The notes beneath the pieces were generated by a model, which was not told the DNA's origin, searched no databases, and saw nothing but the letters and a program-made list of their open reading frames with translations. Position numbers and translations under genes: made by a program. A stretch of DNA of 32,863 nt from NCBI GenBank assembly GCA_040081625.1, contig JBEBGD010000063.1, forward strand, positions 1 through 32,863, in the 5' to 3' direction. Shown piece after piece: positions 1 to 9,690 of the stretch (the stretch's first letter is position 1; every line of letters starts with the position of its first letter). Origin of the DNA: Chthoniobacteraceae bacterium (GTDB taxonomy: Bacteria > Verrucomicrobiota > Verrucomicrobiia > Chthoniobacterales > Chthoniobacteraceae).

Positions 1-3000
1 CCGTCTCGCCGAGCGCGAGGATGAGCTGGCGCTGGAACAACGCGCTGCCGCTCATGCCGATTTGCATCATCACCGCGGGCAAAATCTCCGCGTTCGTGAT
101 GCGGATGCCGATGAGGCTCTGCGCCGCTGCGAGCCGCGCCGCGTCGTCGGCTTTCGCGTCGGCGAGTTGCGTGCGCAGCTTCGTGGAAAGTTCCGTCACC
201 TTCGCCTTCAACGCGCCGCTCTTGTCCCACTGCGCCGCGAGCGGCAGCGCCGAACCGCTCACGCTGGAATCGAGCAGCTTGCCCAGCGCGGCGGAAAGCT
301 CCGGCGTCATCTCCGGCGCGGTCTTCAGCGACTTGCCGAGCGTGTCGAGGATGGTGCGTTTGAGATCGTCGGCGCCGCTTTGTTTCGACCCGAGTGCGAT
401 CACAAGCTTCGCCGCAGCATCGGTTTCGCCACGCTCGCCCACGCCCTGCGTGAGTTGCGTGACGAGTGCCGCAAGGCTGCCATCGCCGCTGTTTAGCGCT
501 GCGGCGATCACTGCGGCGGGGTTGCTCGATGCCGCGCCGACGGCTGCACTCCTTTGGAAATCGTCATCGAGCTTTGGCCACGCCGCGACCAATTGCTCGA
601 TCGCGCCTTGGTGAACCAGATTCAAACAAGCGAATGCCCGTAAGGCAGCGATGCGCACCTCACGATTGGGATCGGTGACAAGTTCCAGCAGATCGGGCTG
701 CGCGCGGGCTGCGATCGAAGCGAGCCCTGGAATATGGACTTCTTCAATCAGTGCGGCGTTTCGGCGCACGCTCGGATCTTTATCGCGGAGCAACGAAACA
801 ACCGTGTCGAATTCCAACTCAAACGGTCCAAATACCCAAAGCGCGGCAATGCGCGTTTCTGGCGCAGGGTGCTTGAGCAGTTCCTTCACTGGCAATGGCG
901 TTGGATCACCATCTTTCGCCCGCAACAACCGACACGCCGTCATCCGCACCGCGCGATTTGGACTCTCCAGCGCCTTCGCCAACTCACCGACACCCGCCTT
1001 CCCCAAATCCGGCACCGCGATCTTCTTTGCGGCCTTGTGATCGATCCGCCAGATGCGCCCGAAGTAGTGATCGCGATCCGGCCGCACCGCCGCGTTCACC
1101 TCATTGTGATCCGGCCCGCGCGTGTCGTTGTGGATCACGGCCTGGTTGTAGAAGTCGGCGACATACATCGCGCCGTCGGGGCCGATGCGCACTTCGATCG
1201 GGCGCCACCATAGGTCTTTGCTGCGCACGAATTCCGTCTCCTCGCGGCCGGGCAGCTTCGCCGCCGTGTAGCTCGATCCCTCGGGCGTGAGGCGCGTGTG
1301 ATGGATCACGTTGATCGTCGGCTCGGTCGTGAAGTAGTCGCCGTGGTATTCCGCCGGCCACGTGCCGCCGTCGTAGATCGCGCAGCCCGCCGCCGCGGTG
1401 AACGAGCCGACCCAATCGATCTGCACATACGCGAGCTGCTCGGGGTGCAGCAGCGGGAAGCTCTTCGGCGACGGCTCGACGACTTTGTAACTCGTCGTGT
1501 TGCCGATCTTGCCGCGCGCGAGCGCATACTCGGGCAGCACGGTCTGCATGAGGAGCTGGCCGCTCGTCGGCTGCGTCCACATCACGCGATTGTCGCCGGT
1601 GATCGTGAGGCCCCACGTGTTGCCGCCCTTGCTGGAATACTGCTCGATCTTCGACCCATCAGGCCGGAAGCGCACGACGCCGCTGCCGATCGTGCCTTGC
1701 GTCTCGCCCTTCACGTTCTTCACCTCGCTCGACGCGCTGTAGCCGTGCGTGGCGTAGATCCAGCCGTCCCAGCCCCAGCGCGGGTTGTTGATGACGGCGT
1801 GCGTGTCCTTGATGCCGAGGCCGGTGTAGAGCTTCTCGACCTTGTCCGCTTTGCCGTCGCCGTCGGTGTCGCGGATGAAAAGGATGTCCGGCGCCTGCGT
1901 CGCGATCACGCCGTCCTTGTGGAAGACGAAGCCGGTGACGAGATCGAGCCCGTCGGCAAAGACGTGCTTCTTGTCCATCACTCCATCGCCGTCGGTGTCG
2001 GTGAGCACGCTGATTTTGTCCTGCGCCTTGCGCTCCTGCACGCCGGGCGTCGGGTCGATGCCGCCGTGATCCTTCCACTCCTTGCCGCGGTAGTCGGGCC
2101 GCATCCCGCGCCGCCCGTTCGGATACTCCGGCGTCTCCGCGACCCACAACCGGCCGGCCGGATCCCAGTCGAAATTCATCGGCTTCGCGATGAGCGGCTC
2201 CGCGGCGACGAGCTTCATCGTGAAGTCGGGATGCACCTCGAGATTCGCGAGCGTGTCCGCAGGCTTCTGCGGTCCGCCGGGCGGATACGTGAGCGCGTCG
2301 AGTTCCTCGCGCTTCACGTATTCGTCGAGGTTCGTCCGCTTCCCCGCCCACGCGATGCCGCGCAGCAGCACCGCGCGATATTGCGGCAGCGCGAACGTCT
2401 TAAACAAATGCCCGGGGATGCTCACGAACGCGCGGTAGCCGTCCTTTTCGTAAGCCCACATCTGCGGCTGGATGTCGTAGATGTGCGCCTTGCCGCCCTC
2501 GGCCTGTTTCTTCCCGTCCTTCACGTTCGGCGTGTAGCTGGCGGCGAGCACGCGCGCCTCGGGCTTCACGTCCATGTCGTAGTAGATCTCGTCGTCGAGG
2601 TGGAAGTTTGCGGCGCCCTTCGTGATCGGGTGACCGCCGGCGACGTATTGGTTCTCCGTGTAGTAGAGGTCCATCGGGCCTTCCTTCCACTTCGTCTGTT
2701 TCGGCACCCACGCGCCGCCGATCATGTCGCGCCACCAGCCCGGATTCGTGAACGACACCGCCGCCGTATGAATCACCACCAGCCCGCCGCCGCGCTTCAC
2801 GAACGCCTCGATCACCTTCTCCTGCTCCGGCGTCGCGTTCCCGCCGTCCTGCGCGTAAGCGACGATCACGTCCGCCTTCGCCGCCTGCTCGGTCGTCGGC
2901 CAATCCGTCGCTCCATCCACGATCATCCCGCGCTCGGCGAGGAGCGTCTTCCACTCGGCGAGGAAACGCGGATGCGCGTGAACTTCCTGCCCGCGGTTCT

Positions 3001-3091
3001 TCTCCCCGGCACGGATGAAGACGCGCAGCGGTGCCGCGTGCGACACGGCGACGAAGATGAAGATGATGCAGGAGACGAGGAGGCGGTTCAT
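1..3091 (-). CDS. Secreted PVC-type multidomain protein: ThuA-like domain + beta-propeller (putative dehydrogenase) domain + HEAT-like repeats; 3' end lies beyond the window
   Basis: Translated by hand from ATG 3091; the frame stays open to base 2 (>1030 aa), which is why the track omits it. Signal peptide MNRLLVSCIIFIFVAVSHA. ThuA-like motifs GGGLVVIH, HPITKG, DEIYY, IPGH. Propeller motifs EPLIAKPMNFDWDPAGRLWV, DTDGDG x2, RWGWDGWIY, GPDGAMYVADFYN, GRIWRI. HEAT-like helices such as DKDPSVRRNAA. A CxxCH motif was not seen in the part inside the window. Confidence 0.88.
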   Translation of the reverse strand, partial: MNRLLVSCIIFIFVAVSHAAPLRVFIRAGEKNRGQEVHAHPRFLAEWKTLLAERGMIVDGATDWPTTEQAAKADVIVAYAQDGGNATPEQEKVIEAFVKRGGGLVVIHTAAVSFTNPGWWRDMIGGAWVPKQTKWKEGPMDLYYTENQYVAGGHPITKGAANFHLDDEIYYDMDVKPEARVLAASYTPNVKDGKKQAEGGKAHIYDIQPQMWAYEKDGYRAFVSIPGHLFKTFALPQYRAVLLRGIAWAGKRTNLDEYVKREELDALTYPPGGPQKPADTLANLEVHPDFTMKLVAAEPLIAKPMNFDWDPAGRLWVAETPEYPNGRRGMRPDYRGKEWKDHGGIDPTPGVQERKAQDKISVLTDTDGDGVMDKKHVFADGLDLVTGFVFHKDGVIATQAPDILFIRDTDGDGKADKVEKLYTGLGIKDTHAVINNPRWGWDGWIYATHGYSASSEVKNVKGETQGTIGSGVVRFRPDGSKIEQYSSKGGNTWGLTITGDNRVMWTQPTSGQLLMQTVLPEYALARGKIGNTTSYKVVEPSPKSFPLLHPEQLAYVQIDWVGSFTAAAGCAIYDGGTWPAEYHGDYFTTEPTINVIHHTRLTPEGSSYTAAKLPGREETEFVRSKDLWWRPIEVRIGPDGAMYVADFYNQAVIHNDTRGPDHNEVNAAVRPDRDHYFGRIWRIDHKAAKKIAVPDLGKAGVGELAKALESPNRAVRMTACRLLRAKDGDPTPLPVKELLKHPAPETRIAALWVFGPFELEFDTVVSLLRDKDPSVRRNAALIEEVHIPGLASIAARAQPDLLELVTDPNREVRIAALRAFACLNLVHQGAIEQLVAAWPKLDDDFQRSAAVGAASSNPAAVIAAALNSGDGSLAALVTQLTQGVGERGETDAAAKLVIALGSKQSGADDLKRTILDTLGKSLKTAPEMTPELSAALGKLLDSSVSGSALPLAAQWDKSGALKAKVTELSTKLRTQLADAKADDAARLAAAQSLIGIRITNAEILPAVMMQIGMSGSALFQRQLILALGET

Positions 3092-3234
3092 GAGAGGGAT
3101 GGGGTGAAGGTGTGTGCGATTAAAGCGCATCGCCCGCCGCGCACTAGCCGGAAGCGGGTTTTCGATTGGTGAAAGTGGAGCACTCCAACCTCGCGCAGGC
3201 GCCATCCGCGACGAAGATCGCACCGCTTCCCGCC

Positions 3235-4071
3235 ATGCCGATCACGCCTCTCCAGGAAACCCACATCGCCGGCCCCGATACCCACGTGTGGAAAGTCACC
3301 GCCGCCGACTGCCCCGCGCTCGCGAACCACCACATCGCCCATGTCGCCGTCGCCGACACCGCGCCGCCTTACGAAGTCGTGCGCATGGATCTCGCCGGCA
3401 CCTTTCTCTTCTCCTGCCACAGCGGGCGCGGCCGCATCCTGCTCGATGGCCGCTGGCAGCTCATGCGCGAAGGCGACGCCTGCATCGCACCACCGCACGT
3501 GCTCCTCGCCTTTCACTGCGAGCCGAAGCACCGCTGGGAGATCACGTGGGTCCGCTACCAGCAACCCGCCGATCAAAAGCCGATCATCCAGTCCTCCTCA
3601 CCCGCCATCGCGAAGCTCGATCCCGAGCCGATCCGCCACGCCGTGCTCGGCCTCTACCACGAGCAGCAGAGCCAGCACGCCCCAGCGACCGTGCGCCACT
3701 GGGTCGAGATCATCCACACCTACGTCGTCCGCTTCGCCAGCCCGTGGCAGACCGACGACCGCCTCGGCGCGCTTTGGGAACACGTCGCCGCACGCGTCGG
3801 CGAACCTTGGTCGCTCGACGCCCTCGCCCGCCGCTGCCACCTCAGCGCCGAGCACCTCCGCCGCCTCTGCCGCCGCGAGCTGGGACGCAGCCCGATGCAC
3901 CACGTCATCTACCTGCGCATGCAGCACGCCGCGAAGCTGCTCACCACGACCGACGACAAGATCGAGTCCATCGCCCACGACTGCGGCTACGAGAATCCGT
4001 TCGTCTTCTCGACCACGTTCAAGAAATGGGTCGGCTGGCGCCCGAGCGAATACCGCGCGCGGAAACGGTGA
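3235..4071 (+). CDS. AraC-family transcriptional regulator
   Basis: C-terminal double HTH (WSLDALARRCHLSAEHLRRLC...IESIAHDCGYENPFVFSTTFKKWVGWRPSEYR) after a cupin-like N-domain. ATG 3235 preferred; TTG 3166 and GTG 3169 are alternatives. Divergent from the PVC-type gene. Confidence 0.92.
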   Translation: MPITPLQETHIAGPDTHVWKVTAADCPALANHHIAHVAVADTAPPYEVVRMDLAGTFLFSCHSGRGRILLDGRWQLMREGDACIAPPHVLLAFHCEPKHRWEITWVRYQQPADQKPIIQSSSPAIAKLDPEPIRHAVLGLYHEQQSQHAPATVRHWVEIIHTYVVRFASPWQTDDRLGALWEHVAARVGEPWSLDALARRCHLSAEHLRRLCRRELGRSPMHHVIYLRMQHAAKLLTTTDDKIESIAHDCGYENPFVFSTTFKKWVGWRPSEYRARKR

Positions 4072-4076
4072 TCGCG

Positions 4077-4808
4077 TCAACGCCGCGAGACGCGCACCTC
4101 GGGCCGATAGACGATCCGCACGAGCAAATCGCCACGCCCGCCGCGCGGCTTGGGCATCCCTTCACCCGCGACATGCACGATCTCCCCGCGCGCCACGCCC
4201 GCTGGAATCTGCACGCGCAGCATCGAGCCCATGGGACCGACGATCGTCTCCGTGCCGCCTTGCTTCGCGCGCTGCGCACCGATGCGCAAATCGCCGCGGA
4301 GGTCTGCGCCGCGCACCTTGAACCGAAATCCCGGGAGCACTCCAACGCGGACGATGACGAACCCGCCAGCGAAAGGCGCAGCGCGCGGAATTCGAAAGCG
4401 CGTCCCCGGTGCCGTGCCCGGCGGAACGACGAGTTCGTAAACTTCCTTCCCTTGCGGATTCGCCGGGTCATTCACCCGCACCACCAGCGACACACCACGC
4501 AGGAAGTCTTCGATCTTCAAACGCACGTCCTGCGCGATGCTGCGCTCGATCTTTCCACCGCGTGCCGGCGAAGCAGCGGTCTTCGCAGCATCGAGCGAGC
4601 GGTCGTAGGCGCGGCGACGCGCGGGATCGCTGAGGACCTCGTGCGCGGCATTGATCTCCTGCGCGCGCGCCACCGCATCCGCCGAATCGGGATTCACATC
4701 GGGATGATGCCGCTTCGCGAGCAGTCGATACGCGGCGCGAATCTGCGCGAGCGTGCAGCCCCGATCGAGCCCAAGCGTTGCGTAGTGATCGGAATCAGCG
4801 TCCGGCAT
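4077..4808 (-). CDS. DnaJ-class co-chaperone (J-domain + DnaJ C-terminal domain, CbpA-like, no zinc finger)
   Basis: DHYATLGL...AYRLLAKRHHPDVNP...INAAHEVLSDPARRRAYD is a J-domain with the HPD motif. C-terminal GEGMP..GGRGDLLV. Confidence 0.92.
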   Translation of the reverse strand: MPDADSDHYATLGLDRGCTLAQIRAAYRLLAKRHHPDVNPDSADAVARAQEINAAHEVLSDPARRRAYDRSLDAAKTAASPARGGKIERSIAQDVRLKIEDFLRGVSLVVRVNDPANPQGKEVYELVVPPGTAPGTRFRIPRAAPFAGGFVIVRVGVLPGFRFKVRGADLRGDLRIGAQRAKQGGTETIVGPMGSMLRVQIPAGVARGEIVHVAGEGMPKPRGGRGDLLVRIVYRPEVRVSRR

Positions 4809-5736
4809 CCGCGGTAAAATACAGCGCCACGCCGCGACCGAGCAGCCTGTAGGCGAGCGGACGAATGAGCCCCTTCAGCCCGTCCACGAGCGATGTCGCG
4901 AAACGCTCCGGGACTTCGCGCTGCACGAGACCCGCGCGAGCGGCGAGTCGGCAAATGACGCGCTGGTTGAAACAGTTGATGTGTTCGAGCGGCGCGACCG
5001 GGTTGAGCGAATTGCGCGAGCCCTTCGGTGCGGTCCAGTCGCCGACGCGCAGTCGGCGTTTGATGTCCCAGCCGTCTGGCACGCTGATGCGGATCAGCCC
5101 GCCGGGCTTCAGCGCACGCGCGAGATAGCACAGCGTCTCGAGCGGCTCGGGCAGATGCTCGAACACCTGCTCAGTGTTGATGAGATCGAACTGCTGCTTC
5201 GGGATGTCGTCCCACGCGAGCACCGCCAGCCCATGCTCGCGCGCGTAGGCGATGCGCGCCTCGGAGAGCTCGGTGCCCATCACCTCGCAGCCAAAGCCGC
5301 GCGCGACGCGGCACCAATGGCCCCAGCCCATTCCGAAATCGAGACAGCGCACCTCGCGCGGATTGCGACCGAGCAAATCGAGCACGTTCGCAACCTGCCG
5401 GCCAAGCTCGACGAAGTGCGCGGGCGGCAGAACGCCGTCGTGGAGCTCGAACGCCTTTCGCGGATCGATCCACCGATCGTAGAGTCGCGCCATCAGCGCG
5501 TCGCCGCCGATGTGCTGCTGGTAGATCATCCCACAGTCAGGACACTCGACGACGGTGAAGCGCGCGCCTTCCAACCAATCGAACTCCACGCCGCCCTGGG
5601 GAGCGTAAAACGCGACGAGGTAATCGCGAATCGGAGGCTCGCAAAACGCGAGGTCGAGCAGCGTCGCGCCGCCCGATGCCGCACAGCACGGGCACACGTC
5701 GCGAGTGATGAAATTCGGATTCACGGATTCAGGCAT
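4795..5736 (-). CDS. Class I SAM-dependent methyltransferase with N-terminal Cys (Zn-ribbon-like) motifs
   Basis: CPCC and CPDC pairs; motif I CLDFGMGWG; VFEHLPEP; LKPGG; HINCF. Confidence 0.85.
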   Translation of the reverse strand: MPESVNPNFITRDVCPCCAASGGATLLDLAFCEPPIRDYLVAFYAPQGGVEFDWLEGARFTVVECPDCGMIYQQHIGGDALMARLYDRWIDPRKAFELHDGVLPPAHFVELGRQVANVLDLLGRNPREVRCLDFGMGWGHWCRVARGFGCEVMGTELSEARIAYAREHGLAVLAWDDIPKQQFDLINTEQVFEHLPEPLETLCYLARALKPGGLIRISVPDGWDIKRRLRVGDWTAPKGSRNSLNPVAPLEHINCFNQRVICRLAARAGLVQREVPERFATSLVDGLKGLIRPLAYRLLGRGVALYFTADAGR

Positions 5737-6809
5737 CGTTCGTAGATCGCCTCCACCTGAGCAGCCATCGCTTCGGCAGAAAAGCGTTCACGCACCTTGA
5801 CGTGCGCGGCGTCTGCAAGCCGGGTCGAGAAATCCGCGGAGTGGATCAGTCTCTCGACAGAGCGAACAAAGTCGTCGCGCTCCGGCGGCTCGACGAGCAG
5901 CGCGTCCTCCTCATTGCGCAAGATCTCGCCGATCCCATCGAGACGCGGCGCGACAATCGGCAGGCGCATCGCCATCGCCTCGAGCAGCGTCAACGGCGTG
6001 CCCTCGAACTTCGAGGTCATCAACAGCGCGTCCGCACCGGCGAACAGCGGCGGCGTCTCGTGAACGTGCCCGAGAAACTGAACACGGTCGCCAATCCCAA
6101 GCTCGCGCGCCTTCGTCCGCAGGGCCGCCTCCTCCGGCCCCGTGCCCGCCAGCCGGAACTCCACCGCGTGCCCGCGCCGCGTCAATTCGGCGGCGACCTC
6201 AAGAAAGAGCGCGAAGTTTTTCTGCGAATGCAGCCGGCCGACACCAAGAACCACGAACCGATCGAGTCGCGGCTTTCGCGCAGGAGGATCGAAGCGCGCA
6301 AGATCGACACCGTTATACACGAGCGACACCCTGCCCGGCGCGAGGCACTCGCGTTTCACGAGAAAATCGCGCGTCGAAGCCGACACCGCGCAGACGTGCG
6401 ACGAGAACCGGTTCGTCCATGTATCGAGCCAGCGCGCCCACGGCTTCTCATAGCGGAGCGCGTCGTTGCACTGGTCGTGGTTGATCCGCACCGGCACGCC
6501 GAGCAGCGCCGCGAGCGGCTTCGCGATCCAGTTCGACCCGAAGAGATGGCAATGCAGGATCCGCGGCTTCCGGCGCAGGATGAGCGACGCGAGCCTCGGC
6601 AGATAGACCGGCAGCCACTTCCGCGGTGAGAGCGAGTGCACCGGCACACCGAGCGCGCGGAAGTCCTCGAAGAACACGCCGCGTCCGTGCATCGCCGCGA
6701 CTTCCGGCTCGAAGCGCTCGCGGTCCGTCGCGCGCACGAGATTGAGCAGCGCCGTCTGCGCGCCGCCGAGATCGAAGCTGTCGATGATGTGAAGCACGCG
6801 CGTCTTCAT
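5721..6809 (-). CDS. Glycosyltransferase family 4 (GT-B)
   Basis: MKTRVLHIIDSFDLGGAQ, VYNGVD, GVGRLHSQKN, EGTPLTLLEAMA (EX7E). The ATG overlaps the upstream stop (ATGA). Confidence 0.92.
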   Translation of the reverse strand: MKTRVLHIIDSFDLGGAQTALLNLVRATDRERFEPEVAAMHGRGVFFEDFRALGVPVHSLSPRKWLPVYLPRLASLILRRKPRILHCHLFGSNWIAKPLAALLGVPVRINHDQCNDALRYEKPWARWLDTWTNRFSSHVCAVSASTRDFLVKRECLAPGRVSLVYNGVDLARFDPPARKPRLDRFVVLGVGRLHSQKNFALFLEVAAELTRRGHAVEFRLAGTGPEEAALRTKARELGIGDRVQFLGHVHETPPLFAGADALLMTSKFEGTPLTLLEAMAMRLPIVAPRLDGIGEILRNEEDALLVEPPERDDFVRSVERLIHSADFSTRLADAAHVKVRERFSAEAMAAQVEAIYERCLNP

Positions 6810-7822
6810 AGGGATGGCTTCGGGGCGACGACGGTCCACGCCTGCCGCAGCCACTCGCGCGGCGAGCGGACGAATGCACGCGCAATATGCCGGAGCGCGG
6901 CGCCGCGGGCGATACCGAGGCACTTGAACGCCAGCCGCAGCTCCTCGCGGCAGACGGTCGCGTGAAAGTCCGAGTTCGTCGCGGCGTCGGGATTCAGCCG
7001 CAGGAAATCCGCACGCAGCCGCTCGACCAACGCGACCAACGGCGCGAGGCGTTCGACCGGAAATCGGAGCCGAAAAAGGCTCAGCAAGTCGATCTCTTCA
7101 TCAACGAACGCCCGACCCGGAAACACCGACGCGAGATTCGCCACAAGCAACCGCCGCATCGCGAGGGTCGCAGCCTCCGGTTGCGACTGCATCATCGACC
7201 CGGGCTGCTCGCGGTAAAAGACGAGGCGATCCGGCAGATTCGCCACGCGATGCCGCGCGGCGACGCGATTCCAAATTTCGTAGTCCTCGCAGATCGCGCA
7301 CGACTCGTCGTATCCGCCGAGTTCATCGAGCACGATCGCGCGACGGAAAACGACCGTCGAGTGGATGAACGGGTTATCGAGCACGCTCGCCCAGCGCAAC
7401 GCGGTGTGGGTGGTCGGGAGATCATTACTCCCCGTAATGCGACCGTCCGGGCTCAGCCGCCAGCAACTCGCACCGAGCAACACCACGTCAGGACGCTTTG
7501 CGAGAAAGTCGATCTGCCGCTCCAAGCGCCACGGTTGGCTCAAGTCGTCCGCATCCTGCCGGGCGATGAGCGCGCCGCGCGCTTCCCGCAACCCGCGATT
7601 GAGGCTGCGCATCAATCCGATGTTCGACTCGTTCGCCAAGATGCGCAGGCGTGGGTCGGCGCACGCGCGGAGAATCGCCGCCGACTCGTCCGTCGAGCCG
7701 TCGTCGATGGCAAGCAACTCGAAGTCGCGAAAAGTCTGGCGCAGGATGCTGTCGAGGCTGGATTGAAGCGTGCGCGCGCCGTTGTGGACCGGAAGCAGCA
7801 CCGTCACGAGCTGCGCACTCAT
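6806..7822 (-). CDS. Glycosyltransferase family 2
   Basis: VTVLLPVHNG, IDDGSTD, ARQDADD, CEDYEIW. Start reassigned to ATG 7822 (ATGA overlap). Confidence 0.92.
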   Translation of the reverse strand: MSAQLVTVLLPVHNGARTLQSSLDSILRQTFRDFELLAIDDGSTDESAAILRACADPRLRILANESNIGLMRSLNRGLREARGALIARQDADDLSQPWRLERQIDFLAKRPDVVLLGASCWRLSPDGRITGSNDLPTTHTALRWASVLDNPFIHSTVVFRRAIVLDELGGYDESCAICEDYEIWNRVAARHRVANLPDRLVFYREQPGSMMQSQPEAATLAMRRLLVANLASVFPGRAFVDEEIDLLSLFRLRFPVERLAPLVALVERLRADFLRLNPDAATNSDFHATVCREELRLAFKCLGIARGAALRHIARAFVRSPREWLRQAWTVVAPKPSL

Positions 7823-8766
7823 GCGACTTCCGCGTCCAGTTTCCGCCCGAACATCGCGCGCCGGATCGCCGCCGCGCGCTGGATCAACCGCGTGCCGCAG
7901 ACCGCGTCCACCGCGCCGAGTGGCAACGCCGCGAGCGGCAGCGGGCTGCGCCACGGCCAAGTCGAAAAGGATCGGAGCAGGAAGCGATGCCCGCGCGCAA
8001 AGGCGCGCTGCTCGTAAGCGATCGAAGCCACGCTCTCGTAGTGATACGCGACCACACGCCGCCGATGCTTGTCCCCAAACTTCGCAAAGCTCGCTGTGTG
8101 TTTCACGAGAAAACGCTGCGTCGAGGTGATGAACGAATCGAGCGGTGGCGGCGCACTGCAATACACCCGCGCCAGCGTCTCCGGCACGAACGCGAGCGTC
8201 TCGCCTTTTACGAATGCCCTCAGCACCCAGTCCCAGTCCTCGTGCCGCGGAAGGTCGGGATCGAACCCGCCGAGCTGCTGCGCGACATCGCGCCGGATGA
8301 CGAGCGTCGTGCCGAATCCGAAGGTGCACTCCCGGTGCAAGCTGCGCTCCCACGCGGTCGGATCGAACGGCTTCGGCCACACGATAGTCCGCCCGTCCCG
8401 GATGAACTCGTAGCTGCACGCCGAGAGCGCCGCCGTCTCCCCGGCCCGCCGCAGCGCATCCATCTGCGCCGCGAGTTTGCCTGGCAGCCATTCGTCGTCG
8501 GAGTCGAGCAGCGCGAAGTAGGCGCCCCGGGCAGCCTGCATCGCCGTATCGCGCGCGGCACCGGCACCGCGATTCACTTCGTGCCGGACGATGCGGATGC
8601 GCGGATCGCCACGAGCCTCGAGCATTGCCGCGCCGCCATCGGTCGAGGCATCATCGACGGCCACGAGTTCCCAATCCGCGAACGTCTGCGCGAGCACGCT
8701 GTCCACGCACCGCGCGAGAGTCGCGATGCGATTGTAGAAAGGCAGGATGACGCTGACGGCGGGCAC
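7819..8766 (-). CDS. Glycosyltransferase family 2
   Basis: VSVILPFYN, VDDASTD, LLDSDD, EDWDW; GTG start. Confidence 0.92.
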   Translation of the reverse strand: MPAVSVILPFYNRIATLARCVDSVLAQTFADWELVAVDDASTDGGAAMLEARGDPRIRIVRHEVNRGAGAARDTAMQAARGAYFALLDSDDEWLPGKLAAQMDALRRAGETAALSACSYEFIRDGRTIVWPKPFDPTAWERSLHRECTFGFGTTLVIRRDVAQQLGGFDPDLPRHEDWDWVLRAFVKGETLAFVPETLARVYCSAPPPLDSFITSTQRFLVKHTASFAKFGDKHRRRVVAYHYESVASIAYEQRAFARGHRFLLRSFSTWPWRSPLPLAALPLGAVDAVCGTRLIQRAAAIRRAMFGRKLDAEVA

Positions 8767-8772
8767 GTGCTC

Positions 8773-9690
8773 TTATCGCGGAGTGCTTTCACTCCGCGCA
8801 AGCGTGTAGCCACTGCCACGACCGAGCACCCATCCGCCCAGCCGGCTCAGGGCAGCGAGCGGCCAGCGCGTGCTGACGGCGCATCCGCGCTGCGCCCACT
8901 CTCGCGCTTCACGCCAGCGGCCGGAGGTGAACGCATCGACCGCCAGCACCGCGCTCTCACGCCGATGCAACGCCGCGAGTTCCGCGCGATCCGTCGAGTC
9001 CGCGAGGCGCTGCTCCGCCATCGCAACGTGCTCCGCGCGAATCAACGCGCTGTTCCGGTCCGTGTCGTGAACGGTCAGCGAGCCCGCGTGACTTCGGTAA
9101 CGATAGACAACCATCGGCAACGCGACGCTGCGAGGATGCAGGACCGCGGCGCGCAGGAGAAAATCGCGGTCGGCCACGATGCGGTAGCCCGGATCGAATG
9201 AACCCACACGCTCCGCAAAAGAGCGGCGGAAGAATCGCGCATTGATCGCCGGCACGCCGCGAAGGACCGCTGAGAGCGAGAACGCCAGATCGCTCTCGCG
9301 CCGCAGCACGCGCTCCGCGCCAGTCACATCGCGATCGAAAAACTCCACGCCACCGCTGACGACATCCACTTCATCGCCGAACGCCCGATCCACCGCATCC
9401 AACGCGCCGGGCACGAGCAGGTCGTCGCTGTTGAGGAAGTGGACGATCTCGCCGCGCGCAAGCGCCAGGCCCTTGTTGAATGCGTCGTAGATTCCGTGGT
9501 CCGGCTCCGAGACGACGCGCAACTTCGGATGCGCGGCGAGCAGCTCGCGCGTGCCATCGGTCGAAGCGCCATCGATGATGAGGTGCTCGATGTCGTCGCG
9601 ACGCTGCGCTTCCACGCTCGCGATCGCTTCGCGTAGTAACGGCGCGCGGTTGAAGGTCGCGGTGATGATCGTGAAGCGCGGCCCGCTCAT
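8773..9690 (-). CDS. Glycosyltransferase family 2 (WcaE/WfgS-like)
   Basis: FTIITATFN, IDGASTDGT, SEPDHGIYDAFNKG, FLNSDD. Start at ATG 9690 (ATGA overlap). Confidence 0.9.
   Translation of the reverse strand: MSGPRFTIITATFNRAPLLREAIASVEAQRRDDIEHLIIDGASTDGTRELLAAHPKLRVVSEPDHGIYDAFNKGLALARGEIVHFLNSDDLLVPGALDAVDRAFGDEVDVVSGGVEFFDRDVTGAERVLRRESDLAFSLSAVLRGVPAINARFFRRSFAERVGSFDPGYRIVADRDFLLRAAVLHPRSVALPMVVYRYRSHAGSLTVHDTDRNSALIRAEHVAMAEQRLADSTDRAELAALHRRESAVLAVDAFTSGRWREAREWAQRGCAVSTRWPLAALSRLGGWVLGRGSGYTLARSESTPR

Noticed and set aside
1298..3172. 624-aa + strand ORF and the other + strand ORFs in 21-3172
   Set aside because: Antisense shadows of the minus-strand PVC-type gene; Arg/His/Val-rich with no motifs.
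3114..4817. 567-aa + strand ORF spanning AraC and DnaJ
   Set aside because: Alternative-frame Arg/Pro-rich sequence overlapping two well-supported genes.
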